From a virus, in IMG/VR virus record IMGVR_UViG_3300008107_000033, positions 32,001-96,000 of that record: DNA of 64,000 nt. One strand, written 5' to 3'. Position numbers and translations under genes: made by a program. This document shows, piece after piece, positions 21,171 to 34,429 of the stretch (positions are counted from its first letter, which is position 1; each line of letters opens with the position of its first letter). The notes beneath the pieces are model-generated. The model saw nothing but the letters and a program-made list of their open reading frames with translations. It was not told the origin of the DNA and searched no databases.

Positions 21171-24100
21171 ATGAAAAATTATCTCTTGGGTCTTCGCAGT
21201 GGAGATTTCAACAAGGTTGGTAATATTTGGACTACTGATCCTATTTATTTATATAATAATAAATTTTATAAAAATTATTCGTATAAGAGATCCCCTACTG
21301 GATTAAATCTAATAGGGGACTATACGTTTGTTGGCACTGAAGTATCCTCTCCATCTTATGCTGGATCACCAAACCCCGCTCATGACACCAATGCTGTATA
21401 CGTAACAAACTACGGTGAAGTCGTATACGAGTCAGCTACACCCGATTTGCTGAGGTTTATAGATACAACATCTAGAATTGATATTGTTTCCTACAAGCAT
21501 GCGTTTACAAATTTAACGCGGAAGCGAAGTACCAACTTTTAATCTTCAGATGTATGAGTCAGATAATGAATCTGGCCCATGGATGAAGTCAGAAATTACA
21601 ATAGATTCTTCTTCTATATTTTTGACTAATTCAAAAAAATATATAAAAATACAATTAGAAATATTTTCTGAAGCAGAAGATGTAACCGCGTTTGGTTTAT
21701 TATTGTTTATCAACGTATTGATACACGATGTAGATACTCCTGTAATATCAGATTCAGCAAGAAGCATACTTTCTAAATTCCCAACATGGACTTCATTATA
21801 TGAAGACTCGATAGAAGCAGCAACGCCATCCTTCAAGATTGCAGAGTCTGTTGGTGGAAAATTTATTTCTTCTTTAGTTGGAGAATATTTAGATAATTTT
21901 GAATCGGAATTAAATTTACAGGATATTAATTCTTTTATATCAACAGCAGATGAAGACGTTGTTGATTGGATTTATCTCACTTATGCCGTTCCATCCGCAG
22001 CACTTTCTGTGTCCGGCGATTCTATAGAGTTAGCAAGATCTGGTTCTTTAGAAAATTTTTATGAATCAAGAAAAACAGATTATATTTATTATCACAATCT
22101 TATAGATAATCAAATAATTACTTTAAGAAAATTTGATAATTTATCAATAGATGGGACTACATATGATCAAGACCCAATATTATTCTTTAATATATTTGAT
22201 GAATTTGGATCAAGAGTTGGGCTAAAAAGATTATACTTAGAAAATAATTCTAATTACAAAAAGAGAATCTTAGATGTATATCAAAACCCTCCATCAGTAG
22301 ATTTGAATGGGTTAAAATTAACCCTTAGAAGAGAATTAGATATCTGGAGAGCATATGGAGCTACTCCAAATTCAACTTACCTAGGCGCAACTCCTGAAAT
22401 ATTAGAGATATCTGACATTGAATCGTCAACACCATATTTTAACTTTGACGGAAATCCATCAAAAGATTTTAATTCTTTTGTAAGATATATAAACGAAACA
22501 TATCCTTCCAACTTAGGCTATGCAAACTGGGATGAGGGAATTTGGGACTACGCTGGTTTAGCTGGCGAGGGAATGTCACATATTCCATTCATATATGATA
22601 CAGCTACCCCATTAGGGCAATATTTTCAACCTGGATTTGGCGATTTTGAAGACGGCAAACTTCTAATTACATCTGATGATTTTGCAACAGTATCTTTTGA
22701 TGGTTATTTCCAGGCAGATGGATTTAGAATGTCATCAGATAAAGATCATTATAATCCAATAGAAATAGATTTTGAATATTATGGAAGCTATTCACTCAAT
22801 ACTGCTAATCCAGATGTAAGTAATCCGAATTCAGCAACTCCGTATAATGCTGGTGTTTCCGTTGTTTACGAAGTACACATGCCAGCGCATAATCAATATG
22901 CAACTCCATCTGTATTTTACACAAACATGTCTTATCTTGACAGGGATGATTTTTTTGTTAAGAACTATTACCTGCAGTCAAGCGATGCAAGTCCTGAATA
23001 TAACCTAATACAGGTTGTAAACTCAGATGGACTAACAAATGACAATCTTTCTTTTAGAGAAAAAACATATGATTATTTGTATGTAAATGATCAAGCTACA
23101 CCAAATACAAATTCAATTGATATTTCTAAAGCTTCTCAAATTAGAATAGTTGCAAAATCAAAATGGAATGAATCAACAGATTCATATGTTACCAATTCAT
23201 ATGCAGCTTATAGAATTGCTTTCAACGAAGATGGAAGAGGATACTGGGTTAATCCAACAGCCGGTTCATACATTTCTTTGGCAACGCCAAACATAAATTA
23301 TTTAAATTCAAACTTTAAAATAGGATCTACTGTATACGGAACACAAAATATTACAGGAATAACGGACATAATAGAAGGAAGAATGGTCGTTAATTCATTT
23401 AACGATCCATCAATAGTCGATGACGTACTAATAACAAAGAATGAAATAAAAGCACCTTTAATCTTTCCAATTGGTTCAACTCCACAAAATATTTATTTTA
23501 GTAGTAAAAAAATAAATCCAGAACCTCTTTATAATACATTTCAAACTCTTGAACTAAAACCCCCAAAGCATGGTGGTACATCATATAATCATATTGATGA
23601 TGTAGAATATTTTATACCAGCTTCTCCTAATATTGTATTGAATATTTATAACGAACAATTTGATTCTTTAGAAGAAAATATATATTCTCCAGTTTCTTCA
23701 AGCTATTTTGAGACAGCAACAATCAACTATACAACAGGTTCTGAAACACTTATCATAACAAATGGATTAGCATCAACTCCGTACTACCCATTTAAATCTT
23801 CGGTATGGGAGCAACTGCCAGAGCCTTTATCAAGCACACCTATGATATATGGCTACCTAGATAGATATGGGAATGCTTATAAAAATGGTGAAACACTAGA
23901 AGATTCTGGTAGAACAACCAATGCTAGCCAGGTTGATTCTTTTGTATCTAAATATAACTTGTCTAGATTATCTTTTGGTTTAGGCCAAGAGAGTAATGAT
24001 ACCTATGTGATAACTTCAATTGAAGCAGTCAGTTCGAATGAAGACGTAATACTTAGTGTTCCAAATAAACAAGTTAGTTCAAGTGGTTTTGCGCCCAATT

Positions 24101-25977
24101 CGGCAGTTAATTTCATAGAAGAAATATACAATGAAGAAACAGGTGAATACGAGTATAGTGAATTAACAGTAAATGCACAAGCTGCAGACTATTATGACAA
24201 TAAAAATATTAGTCTTTTAGATACAAAACAACCAGATATAAATGTTGGTTGGTTAGATTTGCCCAATAATGAATATTACATATATTCAGCACCAATAATC
24301 GAAGCTTATAGTGGACAGTTATTCGAACTTCAGCTAACAAATACACCAAGACAGGGTGCTCCAGTCATAGTTAATTTATATAGTGGAGGGTCAACAATTC
24401 AATATGATGAATTGGTATTTAATGATTCGGCAACTCCTGGTAACGTAACATTTTATAATGAAGAAACAGTAATTGCATCCGATAACTCAGCCGTATATTT
24501 GGCTTATCCAAGTGTATCCAATATTACACTTAAAGACACATATAGTGGAAACGCATTAGTCGAATCTATTTTAAATCCAGGATTTTATACTTGGACTTCA
24601 GTCGATCAAAATGGGGATTACACATTAAGTGAAGACGAAAATACTGAATATTATATATTTAATTCTGAAGTTGAAAATAAATTTGTAATATTAAATAGCG
24701 AAACTTATGAAAGCGGAGTGGTTTCGGGTAGGGAATATCTTGCAACTTACACTGTCAACAATGCTTATTACATTGATAGAAATTATTATGATTCCACTTT
24801 AGATGATTATTTTGGAAAAATATATTTCTCTTCGACTCCAGGAATTACCTCTTCATATGAAATAATATATGAAACTTCAAAGTATAAATCAAGCACTCCT
24901 TCTGGTCTTTATTTGAATCCACTATATAATCCAATAGATGAGGGATTTGTATTCGTATCTGATTCCGATTATGCTTTTGATACAGCAGGAGTATGGATAT
25001 CGCCGCAAAAGATATTTGATGCTTCTGATGATATCATATATGTATCAATCGTTTCATATGATACTAATGGAAACCCAAAACCTTATCAAACTTTTAGAAT
25101 TTATGGCAGTGAAATAACAGCAGAAAATGAATATCTAACAACAAATCAAAATGGTTTTGCAACTACAAGCTTCAGATATTCCGGTGTAATACCTGCCGTT
25201 AATACTGAAATAGAAATATTTGTTTCTGGCATTTCATACCCATCCGCAAATGCACATGAAAACAGTTCGTCTGGTTCGTTTAGTGATTCATACACAATAG
25301 ACCTCGCATTGAGCAATGCTTATACATATGAATTTAAAGCTGCTCCAGACAAGATGAATATTAAAGCTGATGGAATGGGCGATGTATATATTAAGGGGTA
25401 TGTAAGGCAGGGTAACATTCCACCTTCAAGCACCCCAGCAATATATTGGAGAAAAGCCAGAACTGCCTACGCGTCTTTGGAAGAAATAAATTATTCAACA
25501 AATTCAAGTACACCTGGTAGATATGGAACATCTGGCCTTGTGTATGCAGATGAATACGGAAACTTTAATATTGGTCCATTCTATGCACAGGATAGGACAA
25601 AGCCTGGCTATTGGTTTGTTACCCTGGATACAGAATTAGCTTCCACTCCTTCCGCAACTCCTGTTACTATATATGGTGACATAGTTTATTGGTATGAAAA
25701 TTACGACAATTTACATTATTCAAATGAGATTGTCCCGCTCCCAGAATCCTATACAGCAATACCAGGTTCTGGTTCGGAGATACTTGCTAAGTCTAGTTTT
25801 ACCTATAGACATTATGACATGGAGTTTGATGATCAATCTGCGGCAACTATAAATTGGGTACCACCAAGATGGTTCCCAGTAAGTAGATATGATCAATATC
25901 AAATGGGATTTTTTGGATCAACACCAAATACTATTTCGGAATATCAAGACCTAAATTCAGATTATGAGGATAGCTAA
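21171..25977 (+). CDS. Large virion structural protein (baseplate/tail); ORFs 21171..21542 and 21550..25977 joined by a +1 frameshift at CGGA 21519-21522 (about 1601 aa)
   Basis: 0 frame TTA ACG CGG AAG...TAA; +1 frame GGA AGC GAA GTA CCA ACT TTT AAT CTT CAG ATG. Both halves share the SATP motif. FDEFGSRVGLKRLYLENNSNYKKRIL resembles baseplate wedge proteins. Confidence 0.65.
21519..21522 (+). other. +1 recoding site CGGA (site 3)
   Basis: Shift confined to 21517-21539 by TAA 21514 (+1 frame) and TAA 21540 (0 frame). Confidence 0.8.
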
Positions 25978-28900
25978 TGAAGCTATTTAAAAATACAACA
26001 GATAGTCAAAAAGAAAATGCAATAAAGGTTGGATTATCTGTCCCCGATGATGCAGCAAACATTGCGTACTTTGTAAATGAACAATTATCTCCTAAAAATA
26101 ATTTAACTGTAATAGATTTATCAAGTTCTATACCTGAAAATAAAATTTCTTTAGACAGAGGTGTAAAGACTTATTATGCAAACGAGCTTGGAATTTTAGA
26201 GGACCAAAATGGAAATACAATATTTCCAAGTCAAGATGTTTCAATAAGCGATTCTTTTTTATTAAAAGATTATCAAACGGAAATGCTAAAAGTATCTGAA
26301 ATAAATTCAGATGAATTTTTTCATTATTATTATGTTAGTAGATTTTTTGTATCTGCTCCCTCAAACTATAGCACCTATGGTCTGTCTGAATATATACCAC
26401 AATCTTTTTATGGATATTTAAATATAAAAGTTTTGAATTCGCAAAATCAAGATCATATAGATATAAATACTGGTAGAAAAAAATATAAAATACTACTTGA
26501 TCCGTTTATAACAGAAAATAATTATCAAGATACAGAAATTCCATATAGGATAATTATAGGATTAGATTCTTCTGACCCCATTAATCTTAAGTTAGTTTAT
26601 GACAAAATTGAATGCGATTCAAATGGAAAAGCAACTTCACAATACCTGAGGTACTCAGAGTCAATTAATGCTATTGAGTATTTTAAGATTATTCCAGAAG
26701 AAAGTTTTGTTATAGATAATAATTATGATAAAAAAGTATTTTCTGTAAAAAAGTTTAATAAAAAATATTCAGATATATTTAATGTAAATATTAATTCAAC
26801 TGGATATCAAGTTTTTGTTCCAAAAAGAGCAATATCTGATAATAGAACTTATGAAGTTTTTAACTGGAGATTAATAGCAAGATCAAAACAATCAGTTAAC
26901 TTAGAGTTAATTGATTATTTCTCTGACCTAGAAACAACTACTGGGATAAAACAAAAGACAGTAAATGTTGGAGTCTTATATGACTCATTAGACACTCAAT
27001 CATTGGAGATTATTAAGCCATATGTATTTTATAGACTTGAAAAATCTCCGTTTAATTTCTCTAAGTTTCAATTTAAAAATCCAATAAGTGAAGCTGATAA
27101 TAATTTAGATAAAACTAAAGCAAATTATTGGATGATTGATCTTCAATCAATTGATTCATTAGAAGATTTTGATATATTAACATTTTGCCCAACAACGAAA
27201 CTCTCAGAAAAAGCTAATATTTTAATAAATAATTATGTAAAGATACATAATGGAACACTACTTGTTGATGGTTCACTCTATCCAGCAGAAGAACCATTTC
27301 TGAGTGCAGAAATAAGCATAAATGCATTTAATGCAACAGTAGTTCCAACATACTATGGGTATCAAACGTCATCAAAAATTCTTGATGAAACAAAAAATGG
27401 TGGATGGAATATAGATTCCAGCATATTTGAAAACGAAGACTATGGAATCTTTGGCCTCAAAAAAAGTGCGTATAGAACAATGTCTGGAGTTAATTCCTCT
27501 AAGAGCTTTTTAAATATAGGTATGAGTTCATCTTCAAATAGTTCTGTTGGAGCACTTTTTGAATATCCAAATGTTGGTGATGCAGTTGCGCAAGGAAATA
27601 TAATATTTACTTCTTTTTCATTTTTAGAATACTGCAATTCTGTATACAGTATTGCTGCAAGGTCAACTGTTCTTAATGTTAATAATCAAGATTCTGTTTT
27701 TGAAGAAAACGATACCAGTTTAATTTCTGCAGTTGTAGAAGGTCCCTTTAAGTTATTCTACAATTCTGTTTCCTATGCTTTATATTCTAGGTCTTACGCG
27801 TCAAGGGTTATAGATACAAGATCTTCTTTATTCAATTTTGTTGGAGAGTGGAATTCATCTTGGGTTATGGATCAAAATGCACTTCTCGCTGAAGAAAAAG
27901 AACAGCTATTTGTGAATATTACAGTTGGAGCAAATGAAACTAGGTATGCAAAAAATATAATTCCATCCACTCTTAATGTGGGTGGATACTATCTGCGCAG
28001 TTTAACTGAAGCACTTCCGACTTATCAAAGAGATAAGATTTCTTTTATAGATTTAGATTCTGTAGATTTTTTTATAGAAGTAACAAATCCAGATGTCACA
28101 ATAGCAAATTCAACTATCGTTGCTTCTCCTATAGAAGAAAATATAGCAAGTTCTTATACTTTATATAAAGTCTCATCTTTGAATGATTTTGTTTATGCAT
28201 ATACAGAAACAATATCTCCAACAATAAATATACCAGACGGATTTGGTCCGTATGTTGTAAAGGAGATTCCAAGTCTAAGAAGTTCAAATTCAAAATTACT
28301 TAATAACAATATTGATCCAACAAACTATTTTGTTGCGTATCCATTTGAATTAGAAACAGCATATTCTTATCAAACTGCAACAGATAAACCTCTTGGTTTT
28401 AGTGGGACGTATTCGTCAGATATAAGAATACACTATCAGGGCCAGGGCCAATTGCAATTGAAAAGAGCAGTTGGAACCGTAATTAGAAATTATACTGTTA
28501 TACAAAGAGGGGAACCAACATTAATTGATGCTGGCGGCACAATACCTGGCCAAGCTCAAAACGATGTCCCCTGCATAAATCTTACTTCTGGAAGAGATTC
28601 TGTTTTTGCTGCTTCAGATCTTGTTTGGAGAAATTTTGATTATACATGGGATATAGATAATGGTAATGTACCTAGCACTTGGGTAGTTGGTACAACAGGT
28701 GAATATGTAAAATATATTAAGTCAATGTTGAAGGCTGGAGGATTTTACGGAGGTGCAATAAATACTAACTATGACCAAGCAGCCTCTACGGCGGTCACTG
28801 CATTTCAAAATAGAATGAAAACAACTGGAATAAAATTTGATGGAATTGTTGACGGAAAAGTGGACAGTCAAACAAAGTCTTTATTTGTTAGTGCTATTTC

Positions 28901-31752
28901 ACTTGGTATAATCAATCCAGAAACAGCAAGGACTATCTGCACCACGAATGGAGTTTTAAAGTACTACGATGCTGCGTTGTCTCAGGGTGATATAAGTGAA
29001 ATAAATTCTGGTGGAAAATACAGAAGAATTAGCTATTCAGGCGGAGGGCTCGGACTTCAAGTAACGGTAATTCAAGATGTAATATTTTTTACTATACCAG
29101 ATGGGGCAGAAACAGTAAAAAATGTTAAAATTAATTTTGGGACTCTTGAAAATTGGCGCAATGTAACAGTAGTATCTTATGGTTTTGCTCCAGTCAATCA
29201 TGCAGCAAATAATATATCTTTTGCAAACACCACAAATAACAGCGCATATAAGGGTTATACAGTAAATAGAAAACCAGATACTTCTGGAACCGTCACTCTA
29301 TCAATGCATGACCTACCGGTCTCACAATGTAAGTATGGTTATATTTATTTTAAGACTAATGCAGTCATAAATCAAAGTAAATATGGAAACGCAGAAGGTT
29401 ATCAAATTAGAAGTATAAAATGTGATATAGTTGGAAATGCAACTACATCAGAACCTGTCTACGGTGACCCAGAAGAAATTCCAGTTTCGGTATCAGAAAC
29501 CTACAATGCATTTCCTAGTTTAACTAAACCAGAAGTTGAAGATATAGCAAACTATTGGGTTGAAAATAATCCAAAGGTTTTTTATGAAGGCACTAGCTTA
29601 AAGTCAAATCAATCTGGGTATTTAATTTATACTGTTGATACCGAAAAGTATTATTCTTGGAATGGATCATCATGGTCAGAAATCGCATTTGCAGAGACTA
29701 CTGAAAAAAATATTAAGTTTGATACAACAGTGGTAACAAAAACTGTAGATGCTTACGTTAACGCAACAACCTCGGAAAAGTTTTCTAATTTATCAGCCCT
29801 TAAAGATCATACAGTAAAATATGATACCAATACAATTAAAACAATTTCATTAAACTTTAATTCTATAGTATATAGTTATTTAAATAAATCATATACAGAT
29901 GGATTTGTTAGTACAACAGGTCAATATAACCGGACTTTCTGATAATAATTTTGAATTTGCGTCAGGTGTCGTATTCGATTTTACTAAACCGCTTTATGTT
30001 GATTTAAATGGTTCAAATTCTGTTTCTATCACTTCTCTTGTTTCAGAAACTGGATCAAATGTATCTTCACCATCATCTGTATTGACTATAAAATATTTAG
30101 AAACAAATCCGGTTTCCGAAAATGCCACAAGGGTAACGCTGGAGACTTCAGCTACGTACTATTCTGGGTCAAATGTGATTAGCACTCCATTAACGTATGT
30201 CGGTGACTATGTGATGAAAAATCTAAACAATGTAATAATTCCAAAAAAAGAATCAATAACAACTTTAGATGGAACACTTTTACTTTGTAGTGAATCTGGA
30301 AAACCAGTAGGTATCCCAACTGGAATAGAAATATCCAGTTACTTTAGCTCTACGGCAACAGAGCAAGAAAAAGATGCAAGACTTGGTTTTGTTTATATTA
30401 AGAATAGAATACCAGAACAAAATGGATTCATATTTGGGTTCTATGATTTCGCTGAAAAAGAATTTTTAGGTGACACGGTTTCTTATGTAGATATGATTGC
30501 TAGGGGAATTAATAATATATTTATCGCAGTTTCCGCTTATGACTCAGATGGTAACACTCAAAATATAATAGATTATATAGGGCCAAAAGTTAGCACAAAA
30601 TTTATACCAACCGATATTCCAATTAAAAAAATATGTCCAGTTTATTCTGTAAAATATAATTCTGGCACAGCAATAAAAATTGGAAATATGACTTCTTATG
30701 TAGACAAGAAACAGGCTTGGCCATTGGTTATAACATCTGGTTCTTTTACTAGAACAATTGTAATACCACAATCGATTTACAATGACTGGAAATCAGACTA
30801 TGCAAACCAGACTGTTACCGCAACTTATGACACAACAATAGCAAAAGGTATTAATTGGTCAAGCATTTTTGGTAGAGGGTATTATGATGTTAAAAATGAA
30901 AAACCAATATTGATTTCTGATAAACAAATAAAATTAAGACAAACGCCTTTAGTTGTTTGGCCAGAACCAAGTAGTTATACAAAGGCAGTATCCCCATTGT
31001 TTAAGCCTCAGATAGAAGTTTATACAAGAGAAACACCATTGGCAGCTTGGGAAAAGTTAGCATCTTCTGAAATAAGAGATTATAACTGCAATTCTGGTGT
31101 CATAGAATTTAATGATAGAGTAATTCCTTCTGATGAAAACTTGATAAAAGTAGATTACGTAATAAAGAATTCTGATCTAATGATATATCAGTCAAATGGA
31201 AACGCAGTTCCGCTTAATCCTTTCTTAAATTCTAAAAATATTAGATTTAATAAACCACTTTACATATATATAGTTCCTACAAAAATAAATAAAATATCAA
31301 CATACTCATCTGAAGCAGCAGAGTACATACCGCTAGAAGAATATATACCAAGCTATCCATATAATTTTACTTACAATTCTGAAATATTTAATGAATATTC
31401 TCCAAAGTATGATCCATTTGCGTTACCAATTGGGATTATTTACTTTACTAATAATCCTAATAAGCAGCAAACAGAAATATATGATACAAGATTAAGAGGT
31501 GGAGGGATAGCCGCTGAGTATCAATTTATAGAAATAGATTCAGAAATAGATAATCTTCTTTCAAATTGGGATGTATATCCAATCCATGGAACCTCTTATC
31601 CAAGGGGTGGATTTGTTATAGTTAGAATACCAGATGAAGTTAAAGATAACTTTAAGAATATTGAAGAGATATATGATATAATTCGTAGGAACCTAACTGC
31701 TGGTGTTTCTTTCCAGGTACAAAATTTAGACGGAGAGCTCTGGGAAATATAA
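25977..31752 (+). CDS. Large virion structural protein with a peptidoglycan-binding domain; ORFs 25977..29942 and 29899..31752 joined by a +1 frameshift at CGGA 29931-29934 (about 1924 aa)
   Basis: 0 frame TAT AAC CGG ACT TTC TGA; +1 frame GGA CTT TCT GAT AAT. PG_binding_1-like GEYVKYIKSML..TAVTAFQ..DGKVDSQT near 28690-28880. Confidence 0.65.
29931..29934 (+). other. +1 recoding site CGGA (site 4)
   Basis: In-frame CGG-A three codons before the 0-frame TGA at 29940; the +1 frame is open from 29884. Confidence 0.75.
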
Positions 31753-34427
31753 TGTTAAAGCAACTTCCAAATGTAATCAGTAGTTTTTCAAACAGTTCTC
31801 AGACCACTGTATCCTCTTTGATAAGACAAATGAAGATAGATAAATCAGATGTTTCTAGTTTGGTTTCAAAGCTTTCTCAGATAAGAGTAGATACAAGTTA
31901 TTCTCCATCAATATTTAGTCAATTTAGTTCTTTGAATAGAGAATTTTTTATTGACATATTTAGAGATGCAGATATAAGAATAAGAAGTTATTACTCATCC
32001 GCCAACACCGTTGGCCTGATGCTTAATTCAATGATAGATATTTTTTATTCTGAAATTGAAAAAGTAGAAAAAGATTTAGATACATTACAGATATTTATAG
32101 ATAATTATGAATTTATAGCTGGTAAAGATGATTTATATAATTCAAATTATGTAGAAAAATTTGATAATTACTTAAATGATTATAGAACAGATGGCTATCT
32201 ATTTGATTTGATTGATAGAGATGGTTCTTACTTTGATGAAAATGGCAATGGTTTTGTTGATACAAAAGCCGGTGTATTTAAAATTGGCACAAGTGTCACG
32301 ACTAAGAACGCATTAGATTTCATAGATGATATAAACATTAAAAGTAACTACGATAATTATAAATCAAGTGACAGCGGATTCTACGCAACATTAAATGATA
32401 ATAGATCAGACTCTTGGAATGTTACTATAAAGTCTCCAGTAATCTTAACTTCAAAGATAGATGATATTAAGAAATATATATCATATGATACATCTTATAT
32501 AAATGGAGCACAAAATATTGTTGAAATGTCATTTGCATTTCCTCAATTAATTGATACAATTTACATAACACCAGGTCATGGCAATGGTTTGCAATTGTTG
32601 CAAGCGGTATTGTTTTCAGACATAACAGAAAGTTATGTATATAAAGATTACGAAACAATCCTTCAAGAGGCAACAGATTCTAATCAAACTATTGAATCCT
32701 TTTTTGAAACAAGTACTGGTGATCCTACATCTCTTACAACAACAGTGCCTGTATTAACCGAACCAAAATCTTTAGATTCTATTACTGAAATTTCATTTCC
32801 AAGAAGAAATGTTAGTAAAGTTATATTGATATTTAATCAGCCAGTATATTCTAAAAATGAAAATACAACATCATCCAGCGAACTCAATGCTAAAGCTGTG
32901 TATGATATAGGTAGAGAAATTAGAGAAATTAGAAGATCAAACACCGACAAGTTACAAGACTTAGTATACAATTTATTTTTAAGAAATAATTCTATTAAAG
33001 ATTTATTTAAAAATAGATATATGAACGATAGCTATTATTCCTATAAGTACCCGGTTGCTAATAAAACATTTGTAAATAAAATAGGTAGAGATAATTTCTC
33101 GGAAGAGAATATTCAATCTAATTTAATAGATAAAAAATGGAGTACAATTTTATCTAATTTATTCCAAAACTTTTTCATTCATATGATTAAAGATAATGGA
33201 GAAATTTTTGATAGTTCAACATTCATTGAGGCTGGGTCTGTATTTGATGATAGATATGATTTTAGAACTCCCGGAATGCTTCCACAAAAAGATTCCAATA
33301 ATATGTATTTAGGAAAAACAAAAGAACTATTTGCGGAAACAGTTTCAAGATCAAATCATTCTATATTTAAAGACCTATTTATTTTAGAAAAAATAGATCA
33401 ATATGAATATAGTTTTTCTATTAAATCAATAGAATTTGCGGCAGTAGAAAAAATAGACTCAAATAAAGCTTGTTTTGTCAGCAAAAAAATTCCATTTAAT
33501 GGGTATCCTTTAGCATTAAAAGCTTCTTTAGTTAAGAGTAAAAACTTAATAGACTTTAATAGATTTAATTTTGATCTTAAAGAACCTATATCTTATGAAA
33601 TTTCTATTTCTAATACAGAAATACCTGTATCAGAAAATGATTGGTTGCCAATATTGGAGTATGGAAAAGATAATATAGATTCAGAAGTTTTATTCTTTGA
33701 TACTCAATCACTTTCCGCATCTACAAGATTTTATTTTAATAGAGAAACTTTTGTTTTATATAAAGATGGTTACATAGTTTCTCCAGATCAATATTCTCTT
33801 AAAGAAAATTCAATTATTCTTAATGTATTAGATATTAATTCTATTTATGTATGCAAATATAAAACAGATTTAACTCTTTTTAACTATGATAATATTGATT
33901 TTATCAAGAGTAAATTATTTCAAGAATCAACTAAATCTTATTTTGATGACCAAGGTCAGGGTGAAAGATTCTCCACAACAGACTATACAGGAAGAGTAAC
34001 TCTATCGAATCTTCCTTATGTTAATACTGTATATAGCGAAGGTGCCAGTTATAATTCAGCATATGGCACGATATTTTCATCGGATTATCAAGGTTATAGT
34101 CCAATAAAAGTTCTTTTATCCGATGGATCTTATGCAATTAACCTAACAAATTATACTACAAGTAAAGATCTTCCATCTTTTCCAGACAGTTCAAGAATAT
34201 ATTTCATACAAAATGGTAAAGAAATAGTATTTAATCAAGTTTTGTCTGATTCATTTTCTGTTATTTATGAGTATGTTTCTAATTCTACAAGATTTAGAAT
34301 AATTATTAGAAAAAATATATCAAACATTCTATACCAAGCATCCGTAGACGCGGTCATGATAAAAGCAAAGACAAAAAATTATGATCCATATTACGATAAA
34401 TTAACTAAAGCACTAGTAACAGGTTAA
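31752..34427 (+). CDS. Putative virion structural protein (891 aa)
   Basis: Long ORF, TAATG overlap with the upstream gene, structural cluster. Confidence 0.55.
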   Translation: MLKQLPNVISSFSNSSQTTVSSLIRQMKIDKSDVSSLVSKLSQIRVDTSYSPSIFSQFSSLNREFFIDIFRDADIRIRSYYSSANTVGLMLNSMIDIFYSEIEKVEKDLDTLQIFIDNYEFIAGKDDLYNSNYVEKFDNYLNDYRTDGYLFDLIDRDGSYFDENGNGFVDTKAGVFKIGTSVTTKNALDFIDDINIKSNYDNYKSSDSGFYATLNDNRSDSWNVTIKSPVILTSKIDDIKKYISYDTSYINGAQNIVEMSFAFPQLIDTIYITPGHGNGLQLLQAVLFSDITESYVYKDYETILQEATDSNQTIESFFETSTGDPTSLTTTVPVLTEPKSLDSITEISFPRRNVSKVILIFNQPVYSKNENTTSSSELNAKAVYDIGREIREIRRSNTDKLQDLVYNLFLRNNSIKDLFKNRYMNDSYYSYKYPVANKTFVNKIGRDNFSEENIQSNLIDKKWSTILSNLFQNFFIHMIKDNGEIFDSSTFIEAGSVFDDRYDFRTPGMLPQKDSNNMYLGKTKELFAETVSRSNHSIFKDLFILEKIDQYEYSFSIKSIEFAAVEKIDSNKACFVSKKIPFNGYPLALKASLVKSKNLIDFNRFNFDLKEPISYEISISNTEIPVSENDWLPILEYGKDNIDSEVLFFDTQSLSASTRFYFNRETFVLYKDGYIVSPDQYSLKENSIILNVLDINSIYVCKYKTDLTLFNYDNIDFIKSKLFQESTKSYFDDQGQGERFSTTDYTGRVTLSNLPYVNTVYSEGASYNSAYGTIFSSDYQGYSPIKVLLSDGSYAINLTNYTTSKDLPSFPDSSRIYFIQNGKEIVFNQVLSDSFSVIYEYVSNSTRFRIIIRKNISNILYQASVDAVMIKAKTKNYDPYYDKLTKALVTG

Positions 34428-34429
34428 TC

